From assembly GCF_009914755.1 (NCBI RefSeq), contig NC_060927.1: a DNA stretch of 64,000 bases; one strand, given 5' to 3'. Under the pieces are notes generated by a model that saw only the letters and a list, made by a program, of their open reading frames with translations, had not been told where the DNA came from and ran no database searches. This DNA comes from the human T2T-CHM13v2.0 reference genome, Homo sapiens. The position numbers and the translations under genes were made by a program. How positions within the stretch are numbered: the stretch's first letter is position 1; every line of letters starts with the position of its first letter. Shown here piece by piece: positions 45,626-64,000 of the stretch.

Positions 45626-46124
45626 TTAAGGCTTAAGTCTGATATTTTATTTTTTATTTGTTCTCTCTTTTTCTCATTTCTGTTTCACTTTCCTGCCTTC
45701 CTGTTGGTTACCTGAACATTTTTAATCTTTTTAATTTCCTTTTTTCATTTTTTCAAATTACATCTCACCCAAGGTTACCTGAACATTTCTTAGAATTCTA
45801 TTTTTATTAAAAAAAAGCTTTTGAGTATATTGCTCTGTATAGTTTTCTTAGTGGTTGCTCTAGGTATTACAATATACATACAACAAACTGGTATCAATGT
45901 TCTACTACTGTTTTTTCCTCTAGAGATGGGGTCTCACTGTGTTGCTCAGGCTGGTCTCAAACTCTGGGCTCAAGTGATCCTGCCGTCTTCAGCCTCCTGA
46001 GTAGCTGGGACTACAGATGCACACCGCCACACCCAGCTATGTTTTACTACTTTGAGTGACCTACTGGAACCTTACTTCCATTTAGGATCCTTTATTTTCT
46101 CCCTACTTTAATTTTTTTTTTTAA

Positions 46125-46410
<286 letters not shown>

Positions 46411-46707
46411 TAAAATATGTCTTAAGTGTTTCCTCTTCATAGATTAAGCACTACATCAGATGGCATTACAATTTGTGCTTCAAATATGATTTATGACTTT
46501 AAAAAATTCATGAGGAGATAAGTCTATTATATTCCTTTTTTTTTGGAGACCAAGTTTTGCTCTTGTTGCTCAGGCTGGAGTGCAGTGGCATGGCTCACCA
46601 CGACCTCCACCTCCCGAGTTCAAGCGATTCTCCTGCCTCAGCCTTCCTGAGTAGCTGGGATTACAGGTATGCGTCACCACGCCCGGCTAATTTTGTATTT
46701 TTAGTAG

Positions 46708-46920
<213 letters not shown>

Positions 46921-48491
46921 TAGCCATTCTCTAAGGGTATGTCTACTAGCAACAAATTCTTAGTTTTCCTTTATCTAAAAATGTCTTTTTTATTTATTTC
47001 CCCTTCATTCCTGATGGATTGTTTTACCAAATAATTTGCAGTTGACAGTTCTTTTCTTTTGGCACTTGAAAAATGTTGTGCCACTTCTTTTTGCATTCCC
47101 CAGTTTCTGATAAGAAACAGGCTGTCATTTAAATGCTGTTTCCTCAGCACCATAAGGAAGGTTAAAAAAAAAAATTGCTGTTTCCCTAATGCATCATATC
47201 TCTTTGCTTTTTTTACAGATTTTTGTCTTTAGTTTATAAAAGTTTAATTATGAAAAGTCATGGCATGATTTCTCCACATTTATCCTATTTGGTATTTGTT
47301 CAGTTGCTTGAATCTGTAAGTTTTGTCTTTTGTCAAATTTGGGATGTTTGTTGTCATTATTTCTTTGAACAGTTGTTCAGCCTTGCATCCTTGCTCCTCT
47401 CCTGAGATTCTGATGATACAAATGTTAGATCTTTTGTTATTGTCCCATGGGTCTGAAGATATGTTTTTTCCTTGTAGACCATTTTTTCGTCTGTTGTTCA
47501 GATTGAATAAATCCTATTGATCTGTCCTCAACGTCACTGATTCTGTCCTCTGTTATCTGCAGTCTGCTGCTGAGCCCATTGAAGTTTTTAATTTTAATTA
47601 TTATATTTTTCATATTGACAATTAACATTTGGTTCTTTTTATGTAACTTCTATTTCTTTACTGAGGTTTTTAGTTTTCATTTGTTTCAAGAGAATTCATA
47701 ATTGCTTGTTAAAGCACTTTTATGATGGCTGCTTTAAAATTCTGATTTTGTACTTTAGCATGCAATCACCCTGTTTATATTTAGTCTACAGGTTATGACT
47801 GTAGTTCTGATGACAATTTGGTTCCTAGAGCCCTTGCAATGCATTTATGGCCTGTTGTGTTCTGATTCTGCTAAGGTTCTAACTAATCCCTTTTGGTACT
47901 GCCTGAAAGGGCTGTAGGGACTTACCTGTGTCACCCAGTGTCAGCACATAGGGGCTGAGTGATGCTGGAAACATAGAATAGAGAGCTTCCTCTGGACTGC
48001 TCTCTGGCTGCCTGGGACCCAGGCAGACCTCCTGTTTGATCTCTGCTGGGGTTGCTGGGAGCAGGAAACACCTACCTCGGGGGCTTTCTCTTGCTAAGGG
48101 GAAGGAAGTAGAGGTTCTGAAACCTACGAAAGTCTCCTGCCCCTGGGTAGAGGATTACAAGACACCAGGGCTATAGAAGCCACTGGTGCTGTTACCTGGT
48201 AGGGGACAGGCCTCCCTGCAGTTGCTGGTGATGTGGGCGGACCAGGCCTATAGCTTCTGCTGAGTATGGAGTGGACAACAGGAAGGCCCTTATGGGCTGC
48301 ATTGACACTGTACCTGCAGGCAGACTGAGCCCACTGCTGGGGATGGGTAGTGAAACAGGGCTCACCATTAGGTCTTTGCTGGGTTTTTTTCTTTCTTGTT
48401 TTTTTGGCAATAGAGAACAGATTTTCTCTATTTGTTTTCTTTTTTCCTTTCCTTTTCTTTTCAGTCTATGCCTGTTGGTAATTCCAGGTTA

Positions 48492-48700
<209 letters not shown>

Positions 48701-48971
48701 TCATCAGTCCCAGGGAATTCACTGTATTGCCATTCCTCAAGTCCTGAGATCCCTACCAGGTTTGCCTTCTTTCTACCTCATATTCTTTTATGGAATTATC
48801 TTCAATTATTTCCAGACTATTTAGTTGTATTTACAGGGGAGGAGCAGAAAACAATGAGATGATACCATCTTGTCTTGGTAGGAGGTTTTTGTAATGGAGA
48901 GCACTTTGTACTTTTTGATGTTTGAACCATATGTACTTTTAGTCAAAAACTGAGTATTTTTCTAGTTTTAA

Positions 48972-49232
<261 letters not shown>

Positions 49233-49632
49233 TAGCCAGGATGGTCTCGATCTCCTGACCTCATGATCCGCCCGCCTCGGCCTCCCAAAGTGCTGGGATT
49301 ACGGGCGTGAGCCACCGCGCCCGGCTAATGCCTTTGTTCTACAGCAAGCTCAAAGAAGATCTTACTTGTGTAACTAGCTGCCACTGGCCCCAGACCACTA
49401 TAAATATTTTTCAATAAGTTCAGCATTTTTCAGTAAACAACATATTTCATAAAGTCGCATTGTCTATGATACAGGCATGCAGTAACTCGACCTATACAAA
49501 TAAATGTAACTGTGCATAAGCAGAAACTGCTTTCTCTCTCCCAGAAGGTAGTTCTCACCAAGCCCTTTCCCTTGTCTCATGGATATATAAGGCAACTTCT
49601 TTTTTGTTGTTTGTTTTGAGACCTGATCTTGA

Positions 49633-49782
<150 letters not shown>

Positions 49783-50322
49783 TAGAGATGGGTTTTTTGC
49801 CATGTTGCTCAGGCTGGTCTCAAACTCCTGGCCTCAAGTAATCTGCCTGCCAAGGCCTCCCAAAGTGCTGAGATTACAGGCATGAGCCACCAAGCCCAGC
49901 TATCAGGCAATTTCTAGAGACCACCACCCACATATCCCCAGAGTTTCACAAAAGCAATGTCTGATGTGGAACTTATTAACTCCTTCAATGAACTGTGCTC
50001 TTCTGTTGGGTCTTTCCATTACCTATACTACCACTGGCTGGGAAAACCAGCCTCACATCACAGCATGACCTTCAATTCCTTTTTCTCACACACCTTCCAA
50101 ATTCCAGTTTCACTTTATCTTCACCTGTTATATTTCCCCTCTCATATCCTCAGCGTTTCATCTGCCACTACCTGAATCAAATTTCTAACAGGATTGTTTG
50201 CTTTCAACTCTTTGTCTTCCAGTTCATCACACTTACTGAGAACAAGTAAATCTTCCTAAAGCTGACCTGGAGCTACTTTATCTGCTATCATAGGCAGTCA
50301 CCACAGTTTCAGAACATGGTAG

Positions 50323-51992
50323 TGAGAGGTGACAGCGTGCTGGCAGTCCTCAGAGCCCTCGCTTGCTCTCGGCGCCTCCTCTGCCTGGGTTCCCACTTTG
50401 GCGGCACTTGAGGGGCCCTTTGGCCCGCCGCTGCACTGTGGGACCCCCTTTCTGGGCTGGCCAAGGCCAGAGCCAGCTCCCTCAGCTTGCAGGGAGGTGT
50501 GGAAGGAGAGGCGCGAGCAGGAACCGGGGCTGCGCGCAGCACTTGCGGGTCAGCTGGAGTTCCGGGTGGGCGTGGGCTTGGTGGGCCCCGCACTCGGAGC
50601 AGCCAGCCAGCCCTGCTGGCCCCGGGCAATGGGGGACTTAGCACCCGGGCCAGTGGCTGCAGAGGGTGTACTGAGTCCCCCAGCAGTGCCGGCCCATAAG
50701 TGCTGCGCTCGATTTCTCACTGAGCCTTAGCTGCTTTCCCGCGGGGCAGGGCTCGGGACCTGCAGCCCGCCATGCCTCAGCCTCCCACCCCTCCATGGGC
50801 TCCTGTGCCGCCCGAGCCTCCCCGACAAGCACCACCCCCTGCTCCACGGCGCCCAGTCCCATCAACCACCCAAAGGCTGAGGAATGCGAACGCACCACGG
50901 CGCAGGACTGGCAGGCAGCTCCACCTGCAGCCCCAGTGCGAGATCCACTAGGTGAACCCAGCTGGGCTCCTGAGTCTGGTGGGGACGTGGAGAGTCTTTA
51001 TATCTACCTCAGGGATTGTAAATACACCAATCAGCACCCTGTGTTTAGCTCAAGGTTTGTGAATCCACCAATCGACACTCTGTATCTAGCTGCTCTGGTG
51101 GGGCCTTGGAAAACCTTTATGTCTAGCTCAGGGATTGTAAATACACCAATCGGCACTCTGTATCTAGCTCAAGGTTTGTAAACACACCAATCAGCACCCT
51201 GTGTTTAGCTCAAGGTTTGTGAATGCACCAATCGACACTCTGTATCTAGCTGCTCTGGTGGGGCCTTGGAGAACCTCTGCATCTAGCTCAAGGTTTGTAA
51301 ACACACCAATCAGCACCCTGTGTTTAGCTCAAGGTTTGTGAGTGCACCAATCGACACTCTGTATCTAGCTGCTCTGGTGGGGCCTTGGAGAATCTGTGTG
51401 TCGAAACTCTGTATCTAACTAATCTGATGGGGACACGGAGAACCTTTGTATCTAGCTCAGGGATTGTAAACGCACCAATCAGTGCCCTGACAAAACAGGC
51501 CACTCGGCTCTACCAATCAGCAGGATGTGGGTGGGCCCAGATAAGAGAATAAAAGCAGGCTGCCCGAGCCAGCACTGGTAACCCGCTCGGGTCCCCTTCC
51601 ACACTGTGGAAGCTTTGTTCTTTCGTTCTTTGCAATAAATCTTGCTACTGCTCACTCTTTGGGTCCACTCTGCTTTTATGAGCTGTAACACTCACCGCGA
51701 AGATCTGCAGCTTCACTCCTGAGCCCAGTGAGACCACAAACCCACCGGGAGGAACGAACAACTTCAGACGCGCTGCCTTAAGAGCTGTAACACTCACTGC
51801 CAAGGTCTGCAGCTTCACTCCTGAGCCAGCAAGACCACGAACCCACCAGAAGGAAGAAACTCCGAACACATCTGAACATCAGAAGGGACAGACTCCAGAC
51901 GCACCACCTTAAGAGCTGTAACACTCACCGCGAGGGTCCGTGGCTTCATTCTTGAAGTCAGTGAGACCAAGAACCCACCAATTCCAGACACA
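50323..51992 (+). mobile_element. Solo LTR12 (ERV9; LTR12C-like), antisense to MAP4
   Basis: Starts TGAGAGGTGACAGCGTGCTGG and ends CCAGACACA; perfect TSD GTAG; CpG-rich U3; tandem CCAAT/GATA enhancer units 51000-51520; AATAAA at 51548 and 51634; three GAGCTGTAACACTCAC U5 repeats. Confidence 0.95.
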
Positions 51993-54322
51993 GTAGTAAG
52001 CTTTAAACTTTTCAGTGGGACATTTGAAGCTTAGCAAGATTGGATTCCAAACAACTTTCTAGAATTTTCTCCCATTATTTCTTGTCACATATGTAAAGAC
52101 GGCTTTGGAATATTTCCTTAACCTATACTCTCTCCTTTAGAGAAGCCTCAAGGTGAATGAAGCGGGTGGGTCTAAATGGCTCAGATTGGTTAAGAAGGCT
52201 ATGGGACCTGGTATAGAGTTGACTGGACGAAGCTGAGCCAATAAGATATAATTACTCACTCATTGTCAGTATAGACAAAGACATGGAAATGACAGTCATG
52301 CAACATCGGAACCCTGACATATATGGTGGTAACAAAGCTGGCCACAGAGCTCAAACCATGGCAACTCAATGCTATTCTGTCCTGGGCAGAGTTACAAGGG
52401 AAGCAAAAAGAGATGACAGAGGAAATACAGATTTTTAAAGGGAAGAGAATGGAGTACATGTGCAGGGAGAAGCAGAGGTCCCAAGAGAGATATACACAAT
52501 GGCAGCAGCCTGGCCACATTTCCTGTGACTGGATGCCCTGAGATTCCTCCATTGTTCTTTTACCTAACATGAGCTGTCTAGGCTTCATATCTTTGTTTAA
52601 TATGAGTTCCCTTGCCTGGAAGGCTTTCCCTCCGCATTATTTGGCATCCCAGGGTTCCAAGGCCCACCTCAAATGTGACTTCCTCCAAAATGTTTCCACA
52701 ATTCACAACCCTCCCACTGCCTCCCAGTCCTCCAACTGGATCAAAAGTTGCTTGAGGATAAGGATAATTTCCAGTGCCTAGATAGTGAATGCAAATGGTA
52801 GGCATGTTAAATGAAACAATCTTCCTATAAAAGTTTTATCTACAGAGTGGTTAGCAGAGTCAGCATTTAAACATTTATCGGGTGAATGGATCGGTGGATT
52901 TGTCAGTCATCTGAAATTTTTTTCTATTAGCACAAACTTCTGTTAGTCTGAATTAGAAAGAACTTGTTCTGAAACAAAGTCTTCACTCATGATCACCTAG
53001 AAGTTATGTGGTACTGAACAAAGCACCTGGGGATCAAGAAAAAGATGACAAAGTCCTGTCCAGGAAGAGCTTACAGTTCTGTCCCAGCTAGAAGGAAGCA
53101 ACAGCATGGGACACCTGAATGCTTGTAATTCTGGAGTCATAAGAAATCAAAGAGGAACTATTAAGCTTCTTTGCCTCCATAAAAAAACGTGTTTTTTATC
53201 TCCATAAAAAACAAAAAATGTTTTTTATCTCCATAAAAAAAAAAAACCCAAAACATCTGTATGTCTTCTACTTACCACTCCCCTAGAAAATACCATTTCT
53301 TACTTTCAAAGAAAAAAAGTACAATTTCATAAAAATATACTGAGAGTAATAAATATTAGAGAAAACAGGTCCCAGGAAACAAGACTATTTTTTTTTAAAC
53401 AAGCAAAACACATGTTTTAAATCCCCATTTACAAGTTTGTGAATTATGGCCCTTTGTGCTCAAACTGGACTCGGAGAAACACAAGCTTTTTTAGACCACC
53501 ACAATAAGAGCTGTGGGGGGATGGGAGATGGGGAAGAAAAGAAAGGGCCAGGAAGAAAGACACAAAAGGCTGTCACAAAGACCGCAAAATTTAGCTGTTT
53601 ATTAGGTTGCAAGTCTCTCCTTCTCTCCCTGCTTTCTCTTTCTTCTTTTTCTCCCCACAAATCCTCTCAAAACACATACAAAAAGAGAAAACTAGAAGCA
53701 AGATTGGGTCAAACATGAAGAACACAGAAAGAATATTAAATAGCTAGCTTTAAAGGGCTCTTTTTCAGTTTGAACAAAAGTAAAACGTTCTCAAAAGCAA
53801 AAACAGAAAACAGAGCTTCCACCCAGATTGTGCAACTTAATGAGAGGAGGTTAGTGCTGATAAACCCATTGTGAATCTATATAAAGTGACAGATTTTCAA
53901 GCAAGGAAATCAATCAGTTGGGATTGAAGGATTTAGAGCTCAGGAATCATCTGGTTCAAACCAACAGGGAGCTGAGGGCTGGGTGGATGGGGGATGGGTT
54001 GGACAGGGTGACATGAGGTCAAGAAAGGGGGTCTAGTTTTTATACCCACCATTCTCTGACCCCATTCCACCCCAAACTTGCATACTCAATTCACATTATC
54101 TGTCATGCTAGCAAGACATTCAGCTTGACCCTGCAAGATTCACTTTGTTCTCTTCCTTGCCTCACTCCCAGCAAGCTTCCAACACAAGGGAATTAAGCTT
54201 TCCCCAGGCAGTCACAGAACCCAGCTGTAAAAAGCTGCTTAGTGCTCTGCCGGTAATCTGTCACTTTGGTTCCTTCCTTGCTGTCTGCTTGTTCCCAATG
54301 GAGGCAAAATTTAGAAACATAC

Positions 54323-55790
54323 CATCACGTGGGGGCTTTTCAAACAGGAACGATGGAGTGCTCTGGGTTGCAGTGACCTCAATTTCTTTCTTCCCTGCCA
54401 GAGCCGTCTGTCCTGGCTGTTTCTCTCCTCGCTGGCAAACCTGCGAGCATGAATCAATTCTAGTTTCACTAAAATCTTCCTGCCCTTTTTCCTTGCTGCT
54501 TCCTTCAGGAATCTGCTCCAGCTTACTATGGAGATATAATCCAGCAGTGCCGAGTTCCTTCTTCCCAGAGTTGCTGCTGCTGTTGCTGAAGTGAGCCAAT
54601 TCTTCTCTCTTCTTGGCCACTGGTTCCTCACAGATGAAAGGAGGTATCTCTTTAGTAGACAAGATGGGCAGTTTCCCAGGGCTCAATTTGTAGCTAGCTG
54701 TCTGTTCCTCACCCACAGTCATGGAGCGCTTCATAGCAGGAGCTCCCAGTTTCCCAGGTGTAGGACTAGGCATTGGGCTACTAGGGGGAGGCAGCAGGCC
54801 AGAAGAAGGCTCTTCTCGGGCAGGGAGTTCAGGGTACTTATCTGCAAGGTTGACAGCTGGGGGAACTGAGAGGTGAGAACATTCAGACAGGGCCCTGCGC
54901 ACTGCCTTTTTCTGCTGGGGGGCTTGGTTGAGCACAGCCTCCTCGGTAGAACTCAATTTCTCCAACTCCTTATCATGGTCTCTGATGTGACAGCTTGCAT
55001 TCAAATGTTCCTGGGTGAACACCATAGTGATTGGCGGAATGGTGGTGGGTGAATGCTCAATAATGGGGGCTGGGTGGGCTAGAGACACCAGGAGTGGGGA
55101 CTCACACTTCAGCTGCTCAGAGTTATCATTTACCACCCCAATCACTGGGCAGCCAGGGGTGATGCTATTCTCCATCTCTCCCGGAGTTGCTTCCCTTGAG
55201 CCCAGAGAGCCTTGAGCCACTGGATGAAAGCTGGGGTTCCAAACACTGGTTTCCTGCTCCTTAACATATCTGGTAGGGATGTCAGCAGCCCCAGGGAAAT
55301 CCAGATCTGACTGGCTCTTGGTCTCTAGTCCATTCTTCCCTGCCACCTTCCCCTGAACTGGAATGGTTTTGTTTTTGTCTGGCCCCTCTATGAGTCCCAG
55401 ATGGAACTCGGAGGTCTTCTGGTGTACCGAGTTCCCCTCCAAGGGATGGCAGGTCTCTGAAATCACATACCTGCTCTCAAGGTGACCTGAGGCTTCTTGA
55501 CAGTCCTTGTCCTGCATTTCAATGCTCAGCTCTTTGTCTAGCTTCCCCTCAAAAAAGCAGAGCTTGTTCTGCTCCAGGAAGCTGGCATTCTTCACAAGCC
55601 CATCTTTTGGTTGCCCGTCCATGCTGACATTCAGCCCAATTTCATTCAGTTTGCCCTCTGTCCTCTGCCATTCGAATCCGGCTTGACTGATTTCTTTTGG
55701 GGAGTCCATTCGGCACTCTGCAGGCTTGCCCTTACTGAGCTGACCGTACGCGGCAGTGAGAGAGGCTGTCTGCTTGTCTGAGAGCGACAT
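54323..55790 (-). CDS. MAP4: MAP4 internal alternative first coding exon (MSLSDKQTAS...EKPPRD, 489 aa; oMAP4-type projection domain)
   Basis: Longest ORF in the window; ATG in acgATG context; GAT G|gtatgt donor in phase 1 joins exon 40843 in frame. Confidence 0.9.
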
Positions 55791-57600
55791 CGTCTCTCCT
55801 CCACTGCTCTCCCTGCTTTCGCTCCTGGAGCTCTAATACCACCTACGATCACACAGAGCTTGCAGTGACATCACACCAATTCCCCAGTATTCATGACAAA
55901 ATTCATCTCTCCCTCAATGCCCCTCTCTCCTCAAGCAGTTGAGTATTAAATGCACTTACAAATGTGAAAGAAAGAAAGAAAGGAAGAATGAATGAAAGCG
56001 AAAGAAAGGAAGGAACCTGCTGCTTTCTGCACAACAAAATGCTACTTTAATCTGAGAATGTAATTTCCCGTGAACTAGCACTCTGTTTAGATCTGCAATT
56101 TAAAACACAGTATGGTGCCAATCCAAGCACTAAGGATAGTAATTATTTTGGCTTTCACTGATATAGATACGTGCATACCCACACACTCATTTATCTGATA
56201 CCATGCCCACCCTTCCACATTCAACCACTCAGAAAACTGTTTTAAAAATAACCGAGACTCATTTGCCAATCCCCAGCTATAACCCTGAAGAACAATGAAT
56301 CCAGGAAATTGTTCAAAATTGGACTAAAAAAAAAAAAAAAAAAACCACACCTTAACGTAGTATTAAGATTGCAGGCATTCATTCTCAGAGGAAGAGTGGG
56401 TTTGCTGTCATAGCAACTTATCAAACTAACTTGAAAACTGACTTGAGTGGGGTCCCCAAAACCCGTAAGAGCTCCATCTGTAGCTCTGCATAATGGAAGA
56501 GTTTAATAAAGGGTTCATTTAAAGACTTCAGTGATCAGGGCTTTGGGGATAGATATTCTAATTATAAGACATTTGTGTGACAACATACCCCTTATGCATT
56601 TACGCCTGTCCCTGCCCCCACTTGGTTCCTTGGATGAGCTGGGTTGCTCCCTCCACTACCAAGCCCTGCTCTTTCCAGCCTAATAATCTGTTAGGTGTCA
56701 TGTGAACACACTGGGGGCAGTGCATCTTTCTCTGACCTCCAGACTTAGGGACTCTAACAATTGTAGCTTGGAGTTTTCCCCACTCACCAGAGCTTACTGC
56801 CCCCATTTAACTCAGCATGGTCCTTTGCTGCCCTGGGCTTTGAGCTCAAATATTGTATATTCAAACTGAAGGAACCATAAAACAAAACTGTGAGAAAAAA
56901 ATTACACTATAAGGACAGGCTATACTCTTACTTTGAACAAAGCTGATTTTTCTTGTCTAGCTGTAAGTTACTGTCTTGCAATAACATAGCATACTGGAAA
57001 TATTCTATCAGAAATCCAAGAGAAGTCTTTTTCCAAGATGAAGAAAAGATTTAGATTGCTTTTTTTTTTTTTTTAAAAAAAGGCCATTTGCCATAAACTG
57101 CAATGATTTGATTACAGTTTTTAAACAATGCCTTTAGAAAAAAGGGCAAGTTAAGATTGTTCTTTGGTCTATAAAATGTAAAGAAATTACCAAGGTCCGC
57201 ATAGGAAAGCTTGCTAAACTGTAGCCTCTGTCCCCAAGAACTCACCTTCTCTATTCATACCACTCAAGTTCCCAACAAGAGTACAGGGATCAACCTTATA
57301 TACCTTTTCCATTACCTTCAGTACCTGACACAGGGCTACACTCATGATGATGAGTGGCAATGTTGCAATGCTGAAAAAAAAAAACTGAACATGAACTGAG
57401 CCTCATATACATTTCTTCCCCTTGATCTTGAGCTGTTTAGTAACAATACATGACAAAGCACAATACAGATTAACTGGCAAGGAACCTGGTTTCCATACTC
57501 TATGGCAAAGATCTTGCTAAGGAAAAGGAAGTGAGGTATAACAAAATGAAGAATGCCAGGAGAATCATGATTCTAATTAGTAACAAGAAAAAATATGATT

Positions 57601-64000
<6,400 letters not shown>

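Noticed and set aside
51000-51960. Regularly spaced direct repeats superficially like a CRISPR array
   Set aside because: These are the tandem enhancer and U5 repeats of LTR12; the spacers are not unique and the DNA is human.

Overview
Human (primate) genomic DNA, recognised from the translated exons as the DHX30-MAP4 locus (chr3p21.31; recognition from memory, no search run). The + strand carries the last 16 coding exons of DHX30 (DExH-box RNA helicase; 4208-13451, poly(A) signal 13499), with the mirtron MIR1226 as intron 12886-12960. The - strand carries the 3' half of MAP4 (microtubule-associated protein 4), converging tail-to-tail with DHX30 (poly(A) signals about 540 bp apart). It includes an internal alternative first exon (55790-54323), proline-rich exons, tau/MAP2-type repeat exons of 93, 82 and 113 nt, a 114-nt pseudo-repeat exon and three alternative C-termini. 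All exon boundaries were read from GT/AG sites and join in frame. The introns are dense in Alus and also hold two solo ERV LTRs (5400-6049; LTR12-type 50323-51992) and old L1 fragments. This is a well-studied locus and I found no new gene system. The most unusual observations are: (1) a ~140-bp inverted copy of DHX30 intron sequence inside a nested Alu pile in MAP4; (2) an inverted-Alu-flanked, stop-free 744-nt MAP4 exon block that could form a rolling-circle circRNA; (3) a tau-like C-terminus hidden in the MAP4 3'UTR; (4) an A-rich, AATAAA-laden 3' splice site; (5) intronic polyadenylation that could release a stand-alone 509-aa protein; (6) a bidirectional poly(A) signal. Repeat boundaries and subfamily names are by eye and approximate.
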